DNA of 64,000 nt from a virus, in IMG/VR virus record IMGVR_UViG_3300046692_000130, positions 30,595 through 94,594 of that record; one strand, written 5' to 3'. The translations under genes and the position numbers were made by a program. Below are positions 36,305 to 45,455 of the stretch, one piece after another (positions within the stretch are counted from its first letter, which is position 1; each line of letters begins with the position of its first letter). The notes below the pieces were generated by a model. That model saw nothing but the letters and a program-made list of their open reading frames with translations, was not told where the DNA came from and did not search any database.

Positions 36305-37996
36305 CTAGCGTCTTCCTCCGAATTTCTCTGCAAGGAACTTGTGGGCATCGCCCTTCGTCATCTTGCTGATTACGTCTTGTGGAACCTTGAACCGCTTGAG
36401 TTGTGCGATCTGCGCGAGTGATGGCTTGCCCTTGTGCCACTGGGCCTCACGTCGCAACAGCGTCATGAACTCTTTGCCGTTCGTGGTGATGTTCATTTCT
36501 GCGTAGTCCAGCGCCTCTGGGAGACTGTGGAATCCGTCGCGGAGATACTTGCGTTGCTTGATGGATCCGAAGACTGAGTACTTGCCCAGAAGATCCTCAG
36601 CGATGGTCATTGACTCATTGCCGGGGAGGTACAGGGTGTATGCGCCTTCGAGCGTCTTGTGCCACTGCAGCTTGCTGTTGGCCTTTATCTCTTCGCAGAA
36701 GGTGACCTTCCAGAGATTGGCTTCCTGCAGGTATGCACCGAGATCCCCGATGCTCTGCAACTGTGTCAGGTCGATGTTTGGATTCAGCGCCTGTGCTTCC
36801 TTGATCTCTGCAACGGCGTCAGTGATCGACTTGCCATTCAGATCCATCTCAGGAGGCAGACCGAACAAGCTGGCCAGCGTCACGAGTGACATGCGCTTTG
36901 TTACGTCGACGCAATCAAGGATGAGGCAGTCTCGTTTGTCACCCGGTTTCAGCGTCCCATTACGGATAGCTTCAACAAGGTTGTCGATTCCCTCACCTAA
37001 CCTCAGGCCACGCCCGATGGCTTGGACGAACAGTGTCTGACTCTTGGTCGGTCGCGCCATGATTATGCACGAGACCCCGGGGTCGTCGTAGCCTGTCACC
37101 AACAACATTGCGTTGACAAGCACCTGTATGTCGCCGCGCTTGTGTGCCTTCAGCTTGCGCTCACGCTCTGGATCGTCGCCCCAGACAGCCTCAGCCGGTA
37201 CGCCAGCCTTCTGGAATTCGTGAGCCAGATCCTTAGCGTGTTGAATGCCGGTGACGAAGGCTATAGTGCGCCTCGTACTTGCATTCTCGATCCACGCCTT
37301 CACAATCATCTGATTGCGCCATGGCGTGTTGACCAGCTTCTCCAACTCAGCTACTGAGAAGTCGTTGCCGCTGGTAGCGACCTTTGACAGATCGACCTTA
37401 GTACTGACCTTGAAGCCACGGGGTGGACTCAACCAACCATCAAAGATTGCTTGCTGCGTCGTGTAGTTGTAGACAATCTGGTCATAGACCTGCCCCAGAG
37501 CCTTACCATCGGCGCGATCACCTGTAGCTGTAAATCCTGTCAGCAACGGTGCGTTTTTACTTACGACACTGTCCATGAGTCCGAAGTGATCGAACGTACG
37601 TATGAACGTGTCGGTGATACTGAGATGAGCTTCGTCTGCTGTGATGAGTTCGAAGTCACTCGGTAGAAAGTTTTTGATGCGTGAGGAACCGGCCCTGCCG
37701 ATTGTCGGAACACTAGCCACGATGATTTCTTCCGTCGTGGCGTGATGCGAAGCCATCTCTATGCCTACCGTGCGATCTGGATGCCAAACTCGCATCTTGT
37801 CGACCGTCTGCGTGGCCAGTTCCTCACTGTTGACTAGAACCATCACCCGTCGCTGGATTTCAAGGTATGAGGGAAGGTTTACGAAGACGACCGTCTTACC
37901 TGTCCCTGTGGGACTGATGAGTAGTTGCCGCCTAACCCCCTCCCTCTTCTCTTTGATGATTCGAAGCATGTCTAACTGGTATGGTCGTAGCCTCAA
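36305..37996 (-). CDS. SF2 DEAH helicase (Irc3/ResIII-like)
   Basis: LRPYQ, PTGTGKT, DEAH, GFTAT and QAIGRGLR motifs. Confidence 0.92.
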   Translation of the reverse strand: MRLRPYQLDMLRIIKEKREGVRRQLLISPTGTGKTVVFVNLPSYLEIQRRVMVLVNSEELATQTVDKMRVWHPDRTVGIEMASHHATTEEIIVASVPTIGRAGSSRIKNFLPSDFELITADEAHLSITDTFIRTFDHFGLMDSVVSKNAPLLTGFTATGDRADGKALGQVYDQIVYNYTTQQAIFDGWLSPPRGFKVSTKVDLSKVATSGNDFSVAELEKLVNTPWRNQMIVKAWIENASTRRTIAFVTGIQHAKDLAHEFQKAGVPAEAVWGDDPERERKLKAHKRGDIQVLVNAMLLVTGYDDPGVSCIIMARPTKSQTLFVQAIGRGLRLGEGIDNLVEAIRNGTLKPGDKRDCLILDCVDVTKRMSLVTLASLFGLPPEMDLNGKSITDAVAEIKEAQALNPNIDLTQLQSIGDLGAYLQEANLWKVTFCEEIKANSKLQWHKTLEGAYTLYLPGNESMTIAEDLLGKYSVFGSIKQRKYLRDGFHSLPEALDYAEMNITTNGKEFMTLLRREAQWHKGKPSLAQIAQLKRFKVPQDVISKMTKGDAHKFLAEKFGGRR

Positions 37997-38230
37997 TTAG
38001 TCTTCGTCGTCCTCATCATCTCCAGCGACGACGTCCAAAGCCCACTCAAGCTTCTCCACGAGATCTTCGGCCTTATCTACAGAAAGCTTGATCAGCTTGC
38101 CTTCGATCTCGATAACAACCATCTCGTTGCTACCGGCATATACAGCCGTCTCAGTCTCTTCGTCGTGCATCAGTGCTGCATTGATGCGCGCCTCTGCTTC
38201 GCTTCCAGAAATTACTAGCTGCTTCGCCAT
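37997..38230 (-). CDS. Small acidic protein
   Basis: AAGGA RBS; D/E-rich. Confidence 0.55.
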   Translation of the reverse strand: MAKQLVISGSEAEARINAALMHDEETETAVYAGSNEMVVIEIEGKLIKLSVDKAEDLVEKLEWALDVVAGDDEDDED

Positions 38231-38562
38231 GTCCTTCTCCTCTGTATGTGTTTGGTCTTCTTGGTCGTGACGAACTTCAATCCGTCATCTGCGTTAGGGA
38301 ATCTGTTTGGATCACCACTTCGGTGCAGGATGATGAGAATCACTTTGGGGTGAACTCCATGAACCATGTCGTGGTGTTCTTGGCACAGACTCACAAGGTT
38401 GTGGCTGTAGTCGCCGCCGCCATTGCTACGGAACTGGATGTGGTGTGCCGATGTCGTTCTGCTCACGCATCCCGGCGCTCGGCATTTCCACTTATCTCGT
38501 TGTGCGACTCGCTTCGTCAGTGCTTTGTATTCGTCGTACGGAAGCTCGAATCGCGAAGCCAC
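38215..38562 (-). CDS. HNH endonuclease
   Basis: RDKWKC..C...HHI..RS.GG...NLVSLC..HH..VH. Confidence 0.88.
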   Translation of the reverse strand: MASRFELPYDEYKALTKRVAQRDKWKCRAPGCVSRTTSAHHIQFRSNGGGDYSHNLVSLCQEHHDMVHGVHPKVILIILHRSGDPNRFPNADDGLKFVTTKKTKHIQRRRTWRSS

Positions 38563-39371
38563 TAGTCCTCTTCGTACTCGCGCTCATCGTCGTCGTCATC
38601 GTCGGACATCAGAGGAAAGCCACTGGCCGTCCTGCTGTCATCTTCAGAAGAGTCTTCGAAGCTCCCGGCCTCACCCATCTCATCAGCGACGTTGTTTGGA
38701 TCTGAGAGGAAGTCTCCACAGATGCGCTCCAGCGCCATGGCGTCAGAGATGTCCTTGACCTCTTCTGTGACAGCGTCAATCGTGTTGCCAGAGAGCAGCT
38801 TGGCCAGATCGATCGCTCGGGCCACAACGTCCTTCGCATCACGACGTATGGGGAGGTTCAGCCATGTGAGTTGGTCGTCAGGATCCTCAGACTCACCCTT
38901 CAAGCGCTTGACGATCTCTTTGATCTCAGTGTGCGTCTTGTTCGGTGCGTCCTTCACCAACTGGCGCATGATGTCTGCCATCGACTCTTCTTTACCAGTG
39001 GCAGAATCAGTGATGGTTAGTGTGGGATCCAGAGTGAAGATCTCTTTCAGCTTCGTGATCTTCGCCTTCAGCTTGGCCTGTGTATCGACGCCGAGATACG
39101 CAGCCATCTTGTCTACTGCAATGAGGTAGTGAACCTGACGCGGCGACATGTCGATGTTCAGAGTCTTCACCCAGTCATCGAACGAAAGCTGCCCCAGTTC
39201 CTTCCAGTAGTTGTTGGTCTTGCTCTCGTTCAACAACTCAGCAAGCTCGAATGTTTCCAGTGTGGCCGTGTTGCCGATCTGGGCGATACGAGCATTGACA
39301 TAAGCAGGACGAGACATGTCTTCCTGCACTAATGCAGGTGGGTTGAGAATTACGGTGTTGAGTTCTTTCAC
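38562..39371 (-). CDS. Hypothetical protein with acidic tail
   Basis: W..LG..SFDDW...ALERICGDFL. Confidence 0.65.
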   Translation of the reverse strand: MKELNTVILNPPALVQEDMSRPAYVNARIAQIGNTATLETFELAELLNESKTNNYWKELGQLSFDDWVKTLNIDMSPRQVHYLIAVDKMAAYLGVDTQAKLKAKITKLKEIFTLDPTLTITDSATGKEESMADIMRQLVKDAPNKTHTEIKEIVKRLKGESEDPDDQLTWLNLPIRRDAKDVVARAIDLAKLLSGNTIDAVTEEVKDISDAMALERICGDFLSDPNNVADEMGEAGSFEDSSEDDSRTASGFPLMSDDDDDDEREYEED

Positions 39372-39372
39372 C

Positions 39373-39561
39373 CTACTTCGACCTCTTGGTCTGCTCGGCT
39401 TCCAATACCTCGACCACGATTGTGAGCAAGCCACCGATGACCGAGAGGATGAAGAAGATCACTGCAGGTGCAGCTACGAGCCACCATGAGATCGCTACAA
39501 TGCCGATTGCCTTCAGTACGAAGAGCACCAGTGATGTGACAACCCAAAGATTGATTTGCAT
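39373..39561 (-). CDS. Small membrane protein
   Basis: LKAIG...SWWLV..P motif. Confidence 0.65.
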   Translation of the reverse strand: MQINLWVVTSLVLFVLKAIGIVAISWWLVAAPAVIFFILSVIGGLLTIVVEVLEAEQTKRSK

Positions 39562-39590
39562 GTGTACCTTTCTGTTGTTGGTAAGGGATC

Positions 39591-39686
39591 TGAACGGGGA
39601 GCTACCCACACGCGTGTCTCTGGGACAGTGGCGACCGGCTTCTTGCGTGGGTCATTTTGTATTTCGAAAGCGGACTCCCCCGCTCA
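39591..39686 (-). ncRNA. Candidate structured RNA
   Basis: TGAGCGGGGGAG/CTCCCCGTTCA closing helix and ACCCACGC/GTGTGGGT inner helix. Confidence 0.35.
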
Positions 39687-39717
39687 CACGACTACAGGCT
39701 ATTTACTTCCTGTATCG

Positions 39718-40491
39718 TTAGATCTCGCTGGCGACGTCACCGGACTCGTCAAAGCCCGAATCGATCTCCTGCTCAATCTGATCCTTACGACGCACCAACT
39801 CCAGATACATCGGCCCAAACGCCTGTGCCTTCTCAGGAGTCATGGGAGCGACCTCAGGGAATTCGATGTTGTAGAACGCACCGTCTGACGACTTCACCGA
39901 CTTCATCGTTACGACGTAGTCGAAGATGTTCGGCATCTTGCCAGAGCGCGCCTGAACGATCTTGGCGTTGCGCGTGATCGCTTCCTTCAACCGCTTCGCT
40001 GCCCTCACACTCAGACCAGAGATCTTGATGTAGAAAGGCAGAGCAAGCGTCTCTTCGATGAAGAGAATGGAGAACGACTCCTTGCAAGTCGGCTTCTTCC
40101 CGGTCTTCGTCTTGGCGTTGTAGTTGTCCCACGAGGAATGACGGCATCCCTTGCAGTTCGGAGCTTCAGGAACCAGATCGTCACGATTGGTGATCGGCTT
40201 GATTCCGTCGAAGCTGCGACATGTGGCGAATTCACCGGCGACGTACTTCTCGCTTGGGTACTTATCCCGAACAACAGTCATCTTGATCGGCACCATCTTG
40301 ACTTCCTTGAAAGTCACGCCAGACAGCTTGTCAACGAACAGGCCCGGGAGTACCGAGTCAAGTCCAGTTGTCGTGGGCTGCTTGAGCACCATGGGTGTAG
40401 GCCGAATTGCCGCTGAGTCGTCGAGACCGAGACCACCAGTGGCGATCAGATCGTTGTCGTTGTTGTTCAGTACTACGAGTTCATTTGACAC
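39718..40491 (-). CDS. Phage ssDNA-binding/annealing-type protein
   Basis: CRSFDG..P...CKGC...C, IKISGLS and acidic C-terminus; next to the exonuclease. Confidence 0.55.
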   Translation of the reverse strand: MSNELVVLNNNDNDLIATGGLGLDDSAAIRPTPMVLKQPTTTGLDSVLPGLFVDKLSGVTFKEVKMVPIKMTVVRDKYPSEKYVAGEFATCRSFDGIKPITNRDDLVPEAPNCKGCRHSSWDNYNAKTKTGKKPTCKESFSILFIEETLALPFYIKISGLSVRAAKRLKEAITRNAKIVQARSGKMPNIFDYVVTMKSVKSSDGAFYNIEFPEVAPMTPEKAQAFGPMYLELVRRKDQIEQEIDSGFDESGDVASEI

Positions 40492-40550
40492 TAAAAGTCC
40501 TTCTCTCTTCAGTTAGGTATTCTGTTTTGGTACATAGCGAGACGATGCTG

Positions 40551-40757
40551 CTATCCCGCTAATCTTGTTGTGAATTTGTCTTCGAACGTCGTCAGCGTGT
40601 TGTAGTGGCGACGAATGCGGTACGCTCGGCAAGGGCTGCCGTTGGGATGGTAGAGGTTGTTATCGTTTGGGAAGGATTCAACTCCCATGCCCCAGTTGCA
40701 GCAGATGCACTCAAGGCGAATACACTGCTCGATAACCTCATCGCAGTCAGCGGCCAT
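40551..40757 (-). CDS. Small Cys-rich hypothetical protein
   Basis: AAGGA RBS; several Cys/His residues. Confidence 0.4.
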   Translation of the reverse strand: MAADCDEVIEQCIRLECICCNWGMGVESFPNDNNLYHPNGSPCRAYRIRRHYNTLTTFEDKFTTRLAG

Positions 40758-40769
40758 TTAGTTGTTCCT

Positions 40770-42002
40770 TTAGGGTTTGAATGACTGCATCGCTGCCCAC
40801 ATGTCTTCGCGGGTCGCAGCCTTAGGTGTTGTTGGTTGAATTGGTTCGGAGGCAGGAGCAGGTAGCAGACCCTTGATGCGTGGCACCACGTTCGGATACG
40901 CCAGCAGCTTGGCTTCCTTCACCGGCATACCGCCAGCGCGAAGCTCTTTGTACTTCCTGTCTGCAGCTTCCTTGGCGAGACGCTTGTCTTCCTTCTTCTG
41001 CTTCGCTGCCAGCTTCTTCGCAGCTTTCTCTTCCTCAGCCTTGCGCTGCTTCTCAGCCTTCAGTGCAGCCCTGCGTTCGCGCTTGTCGGCACTACGACGC
41101 TCTTCAATCGACTTGAGACTGCGATACAGTTCCAGCGCAGCCACGAAGGCTCTTGTGTCGGCCTCTAACCACTCTGGCCCGAGGTACCATGGCTCGAAGT
41201 CACCATCCGTCTTACCGAGGCGCAGAATCCATCGATCTTGGATCTGCATGCCGGTCTCTTCGACCATGGCGAACAGATAGATCGCAGCCTGATAGGCGTA
41301 TGAGTCACTGAGATGGTTGCTCGATTTCCAGTCAGCGATAGACAGCCGATCCTTGAACGTCCTGCCCTGACAGCCTTTGCATTCAGGATCACCACACGAG
41401 TCAACGAGGCAGACACCATCAGTGGTGCCAGCTACATCGAACTTGCGTGAGTAGATCTTGCGCTCGGTGTAGATCCAGCGCACATTGTGCAGCTTCATCC
41501 ACTTCAAAGCGGCTTCGTAGCAGGACTGGGCCAGCAGGTTGTTGTATGGCCGGTAGTAGGTCGTGTTGACTACACCATGGTTGTGCTTGATGGCGTAGAT
41601 GATCTCGTCTTCGATGGCCTTGTGTGCGATGTGACCGATGTTGCCAGCCTCTTCCAATCGCTCACTGTGCTTGTTCTTGGCTTCATTCAGCCACATCTCA
41701 AACTGATCAGCAGTGAAGTGTCTGATCGTGCCATCGGGGTTGTAGATGTGGCCCCGAAGTGTCTCGACGCAGAGCTTGGTCGCCCAGCGCATCAGGACGT
41801 ACGACTTGTCGATTGCGGTGCCTAATACAGTCGTGACACCTGCAACGTCGACGCGCTCTCCTGCCTCATTGATGCGGAAATAAACGTGAGGGACGTCATC
41901 GTAAAATAGCTCGACTTGTCCGTTGTAAAGTTTGTAAGAGACGACCTCATTGGCCAGACTCTCAGTTGTCAGCGCTTGTGACATCCAGTCAGGCGCTTGC
42001 AA
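40770..42002 (-). CDS. PD-(D/E)XK exonuclease (Cas4/RecB-like)
   Basis: GVTTVL, G..AH, E, AGTTD, DWKSS and Q.AIY motifs. Confidence 0.85.
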   Translation of the reverse strand: MQAPDWMSQALTTESLANEVVSYKLYNGQVELFYDDVPHVYFRINEAGERVDVAGVTTVLGTAIDKSYVLMRWATKLCVETLRGHIYNPDGTIRHFTADQFEMWLNEAKNKHSERLEEAGNIGHIAHKAIEDEIIYAIKHNHGVVNTTYYRPYNNLLAQSCYEAALKWMKLHNVRWIYTERKIYSRKFDVAGTTDGVCLVDSCGDPECKGCQGRTFKDRLSIADWKSSNHLSDSYAYQAAIYLFAMVEETGMQIQDRWILRLGKTDGDFEPWYLGPEWLEADTRAFVAALELYRSLKSIEERRSADKRERRAALKAEKQRKAEEEKAAKKLAAKQKKEDKRLAKEAADRKYKELRAGGMPVKEAKLLAYPNVVPRIKGLLPAPASEPIQPTTPKAATREDMWAAMQSFKP

Positions 42003-42026
42003 TGCTGTGCTCAGATGACTCCTCTC

Positions 42027-42233
42027 TTACTGCTCGAAAACTCCGACGATTGTTGGGGTATCGCTATCGATGTGATTGTTGCCGTCGAAGCTGATGTAGT
42101 CGTTGACCTTCATCCTGCGTCCATAGTCCAAGGCGTCCTCAAGTGAATCAGCTTCCACGATGACGCCGACGACGAGCTTGACGTTCGCTTGGATCTCGAA
42201 ATTCTTCTTCGGTGGTGGTGTGTTCTTTGCCAA
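42027..42233 (-). CDS. Hypothetical protein
   Basis: VEADSLEDA motif. Confidence 0.55.
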   Translation of the reverse strand: MAKNTPPPKKNFEIQANVKLVVGVIVEADSLEDALDYGRRMKVNDYISFDGNNHIDSDTPTIVGVFEQ

Positions 42234-42237
42234 TGGT

Positions 42238-43230
42238 TTAGTTGGTCTCCAGATAGTCGTTGCTGACGATCTTCAGATGGACGCGACCGAGGCGCGGAAC
42301 GTAGCGCTCACGGACAGGCTTCACAACGATGCCCTCGCGTATTTGGTTGATGGGGTTGGCCCCGCCGACGAGTGTGTTGCCATCGGCCAGACTGATGAGA
42401 AGGTCGTAGTCGAACGCGCCCTCAAACACAATCGGAGGCAGAAGTCCGTAAGGCTCAAACATCCGACGCATTTCGTCGAAGTCAGTCCACTGCTGGCCGA
42501 TCATCAGATCGAATGCAACGAACTTGTATTCGCCGTTGACTGCGCCATATCGCAGCGTCTGCACATTACCAAACACTTCGCCGTATAGGACAGCGCCCGG
42601 GAACGCAATGCAGAAAGCTTCGATCTGGGGATTCTGGGCCAAAGCCTTCCACCACCAGTTGTCGCCCTGCTCGACCCATTGGTTCTTGGATCCGACGTAC
42701 ATCTTCTGCTCAATTGGGTGGTACACGTAGCGCGCATTCGTGCCATGGATCTTCTCAGTGGCTACTACGGTCTCGCCCGGGTTGAACATGCGACTGTAGC
42801 GCAGCATGTTGTCTACGTCATACTTTGGCGCGTAGATGTTGGGTGGAGGAATATCGTCACGTACGTGCTCATTAGAGCCGCCAGACGGCGCTGGTTCGTA
42901 GTGCGTGACCCCGAAGTACTCGGCAACGTCGTCGCCCTCTACAGCGCCCTCTGGTGCCTTCAGCAACAGGCCCATGGACACGACGCCGCGAAGCTTTTTG
43001 ACTCTGATACGTTTGTTGCCTTTGAGGAATTCGAACTCAGGCCGGGAGGTATCCACGATGGAGTCAGGCTGCACATATGCAGCAAGCTCATCGTTCTGGA
43101 ACTGGCCCTTCTGGACACAGCAGGTGAAGCCGAAGATGTTCGCTATTTCAAGCTTGTCGGCGTTGGGGTGGGGTTCGATTACGACACGAACTACTTCTAC
43201 TTTGTGGGAATTGGGTACAGCTTCGTTCAG
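42238..43230 (-). CDS. RNA ligase, DRB0094 family (N-terminal OB fold)
   Basis: HPNADKLE, KLRGVVSMG, TEKIHGTN, YGE, AFD, REGIV and KIVSNDYL motifs; probable CTG start. Confidence 0.88.
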   Translation of the reverse strand: MNEAVPNSHKVEVVRVVIEPHPNADKLEIANIFGFTCCVQKGQFQNDELAAYVQPDSIVDTSRPEFEFLKGNKRIRVKKLRGVVSMGLLLKAPEGAVEGDDVAEYFGVTHYEPAPSGGSNEHVRDDIPPPNIYAPKYDVDNMLRYSRMFNPGETVVATEKIHGTNARYVYHPIEQKMYVGSKNQWVEQGDNWWWKALAQNPQIEAFCIAFPGAVLYGEVFGNVQTLRYGAVNGEYKFVAFDLMIGQQWTDFDEMRRMFEPYGLLPPIVFEGAFDYDLLISLADGNTLVGGANPINQIREGIVVKPVRERYVPRLGRVHLKIVSNDYLETN

Positions 43231-43351
43231 GCAGGATCCTTTCGACAAGGCTCCGCGCAGCCTGAGAGACACGCGTCGAAACGCATGTGCAATGGCGCGC
43301 ACGGATGCACATTCATGGTTGGGGAATCAGTTGTAAGTGGGTATGAAATCT

Positions 43352-43380
43352 ATAGTACGACACTTTCGCGCCGTTTGCAA
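43352..43380 (-). promoter_or_regulatory. Sigma70-like promoter
   Basis: TTGCAA-17-TACTAT. Confidence 0.65.
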
Positions 43381-43430
43381 TAGATTATTTGCTGATTTCT
43401 GTGGAAAACTTTTGCCGGGGAGGGCTGGGT

Positions 43431-43862
43431 CTAACGGGGTGAGTTGAGGCGCGCCAGACCAGAGAGATCCACTGGGGGAGCGGACACGGCCTGACGGCAC
43501 CTACTGCCATGGACGGGGTGCTTGATGGTTTGTATCGTGCTGGGTCTGATTGGGAGCAGCGCTTCCCTCAGTGTCGGGATCTTGACATCCACAGACACCG
43601 AGGCAGAATAAGACGTCGTAGGCCGTGTCTGCGTTCTACGCTTCTCACGTCTCGCGCCTTCGGCCCCGCGCTCACCAAACAGGCCCAGCAAGCGTTGTAG
43701 GTTCATCAGGGCGTTCTTCCAGCCCCTGACGTCGCTTAGGGTACTTGGAACGACAAAGATCGCATTGTTCGGGAAACGCCAGACCTCATGCTTACGCTGC
43801 CGGTCGATCACAGCCTCATGCTGCTTCAGTATTTCCCGAACCTGCTTCTCATGCCTATCCAC
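43431..43862 (-). CDS. Orphan HicA-like protein
   Basis: RQRKHEVWR...VPSTLSDVRGWKN...LQR. Confidence 0.55.
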   Translation of the reverse strand: MDRHEKQVREILKQHEAVIDRQRKHEVWRFPNNAIFVVPSTLSDVRGWKNALMNLQRLLGLFGERGAEGARREKRRTQTRPTTSYSASVSVDVKIPTLREALLPIRPSTIQTIKHPVHGSRCRQAVSAPPVDLSGLARLNSPR

Positions 43863-44244
43863 GGTTCCCGACCTCCTCCAGCGATTTTTTGCCGTTGATC
43901 AAATCCAAGAACTTGTTGAGGTTTTGGGCGGCAACAGGATGCAACAGGCCCAAGACCTTCTCTGCCCTATCGTTCTTCAGATAGTAGTCAAATTCGCCGT
44001 TATGAATAGAGCAGCCGATGACTGCAAGGCGATTCTTGAACCAGTTCATCAGGTGCTCTTCCCGGGCCTGTACGCGCTCACGGATCAGCCGGTCGACTTC
44101 CTTCATGATCTCGCGGTTAGTCTCGATCTCATCGATCATTGCCTGTAGGCCGTTGCGGTCGACTGGGATCTCTGGGAACCGGTGCGACCTCATGATCGAC
44201 AGACGGTGTTTGCTCGTTGCTATTACTTCGTCCATTACTGGCAC
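43855..44244 (-). CDS. Hypothetical protein
   Basis: AAGGAG RBS; helical. Confidence 0.55.
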   Translation of the reverse strand: MPVMDEVIATSKHRLSIMRSHRFPEIPVDRNGLQAMIDEIETNREIMKEVDRLIRERVQAREEHLMNWFKNRLAVIGCSIHNGEFDYYLKNDRAEKVLGLLHPVAAQNLNKFLDLINGKKSLEEVGNRG

Positions 44245-44284
44245 GTCATCGCTCCTTCTTAGGTTGTGCTTCGACTTCAGTTCT

Positions 44285-45454
44285 TCAGGCAGCTATAGCA
44301 TTCTGCGTCTGACTGGCGAACTCTGGCTCTTCAGACGTGGGCCTGACCATCGACCAGAGTGCCTTTGTCGTGTTCTTGCCATCAAGGATCATGAAGAGCA
44401 GACCACGCGCTTCAGGGAACTGGTTGGCGAACTCAACGAACTTCCTGCGCTCGATGTTTGCCCTCTCTGTAAGCCCGGGGAATGCCTTGCGCTGCTCACG
44501 GTCGAGACCAGCGAGTGGCAAGTCTCCAGTGAAGCCACCGAAAATCTGAACAGCGCCGTCGTAGATCGCCCTGCGCCGGTTATCAAACTCGACCGCCGTG
44601 TCCAAAGCCCACTGCTGGAAGTCCTGAGGCAGACCGTCAAGCTTGTCGGCCAGCGTCCCACCTTCACTCAGCAACTGCCAGATCGAGAGCGGAGTCCACT
44701 CTGTCACGATGCGATGCATCTTGACGTATGTATTGAACTTGATCTTGACCTTGAGCGGTGACTGGCCCGGGCGAAGCCATGTGGCGATATAGCCCTCTGC
44801 GTTGTCGCTATCCTCTTGCGTAGCGTCATAGAGAGACTTGCTGTGCAGTGGCTTGGCGTACTGCAGGTTGTTCAGGCGCGCCAGCTTCTCCACACGCTCT
44901 GGATCCATCTCTTCACCCGTCTCAATGTTGACGAGAGTGAGCAGCACGAGACCTTCCCAGTCATAGCGGACGACGACACGGTTGTCGTTGTAGACGATCT
45001 CCACCATGGGCGTCCAGCCGGTCGGCCAGATCGTAGCGCCATGGCTCTGCAGATAGTCGGTAGCCCACTCTGCCTGTTCAGACTCGAAGGATCCACGCGT
45101 AGCTACTGCCATCTCGCCATCAGTGGCGCGGTAGACCACACCGAGTGAGCCATCGAACTTCGTAGACATGATCGGCTTCTCTGTGGGCAGATTCTCCAAC
45201 AGAGTCTCAGGGTGACGTTCGTCGTTGAAGTTCCAGAACTTTGCGAACGGGCGCGCAACGATCTCAAGGGTATCGAGGTTGTAGATCAGACCACGGCACT
45301 GATTGGTGCAGTCATCGAATGATTGGAGGATAGTAGCAAGCTTGGAGTAGTTCAGAATTCCAAGTGGCTCAGTTGGGTGATGACGAAGGTTGAGGGTTTT
45401 ACCGCGTAGGTGGCAGTGGAATAAATCATTGTCAATCAAGTCAAACAATTTCAT
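44285..45454 (-). CDS. RNA ligase, T4 Rnl1-like
   Basis: CRGLI...ARPFAKFWN, KFDGSLG, TRGSF, EGY and KIK motifs. Confidence 0.9.
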   Translation of the reverse strand: MKLFDLIDNDLFHCHLRGKTLNLRHHPTEPLGILNYSKLATILQSFDDCTNQCRGLIYNLDTLEIVARPFAKFWNFNDERHPETLLENLPTEKPIMSTKFDGSLGVVYRATDGEMAVATRGSFESEQAEWATDYLQSHGATIWPTGWTPMVEIVYNDNRVVVRYDWEGLVLLTLVNIETGEEMDPERVEKLARLNNLQYAKPLHSKSLYDATQEDSDNAEGYIATWLRPGQSPLKVKIKFNTYVKMHRIVTEWTPLSIWQLLSEGGTLADKLDGLPQDFQQWALDTAVEFDNRRRAIYDGAVQIFGGFTGDLPLAGLDREQRKAFPGLTERANIERRKFVEFANQFPEARGLLFMILDGKNTTKALWSMVRPTSEEPEFASQTQNAIAA

Positions 45455-45455
45455 T

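Noticed and set aside
39591-39686. Cobalamin riboswitch (contains GCCACTG)
   Set aside because: Other conserved B12-element blocks are missing and the downstream gene is unrelated.
40770-42002. CRISPR-associated Cas4 system
   Set aside because: No cas1/cas2 or array; context fits a phage recombination exonuclease.
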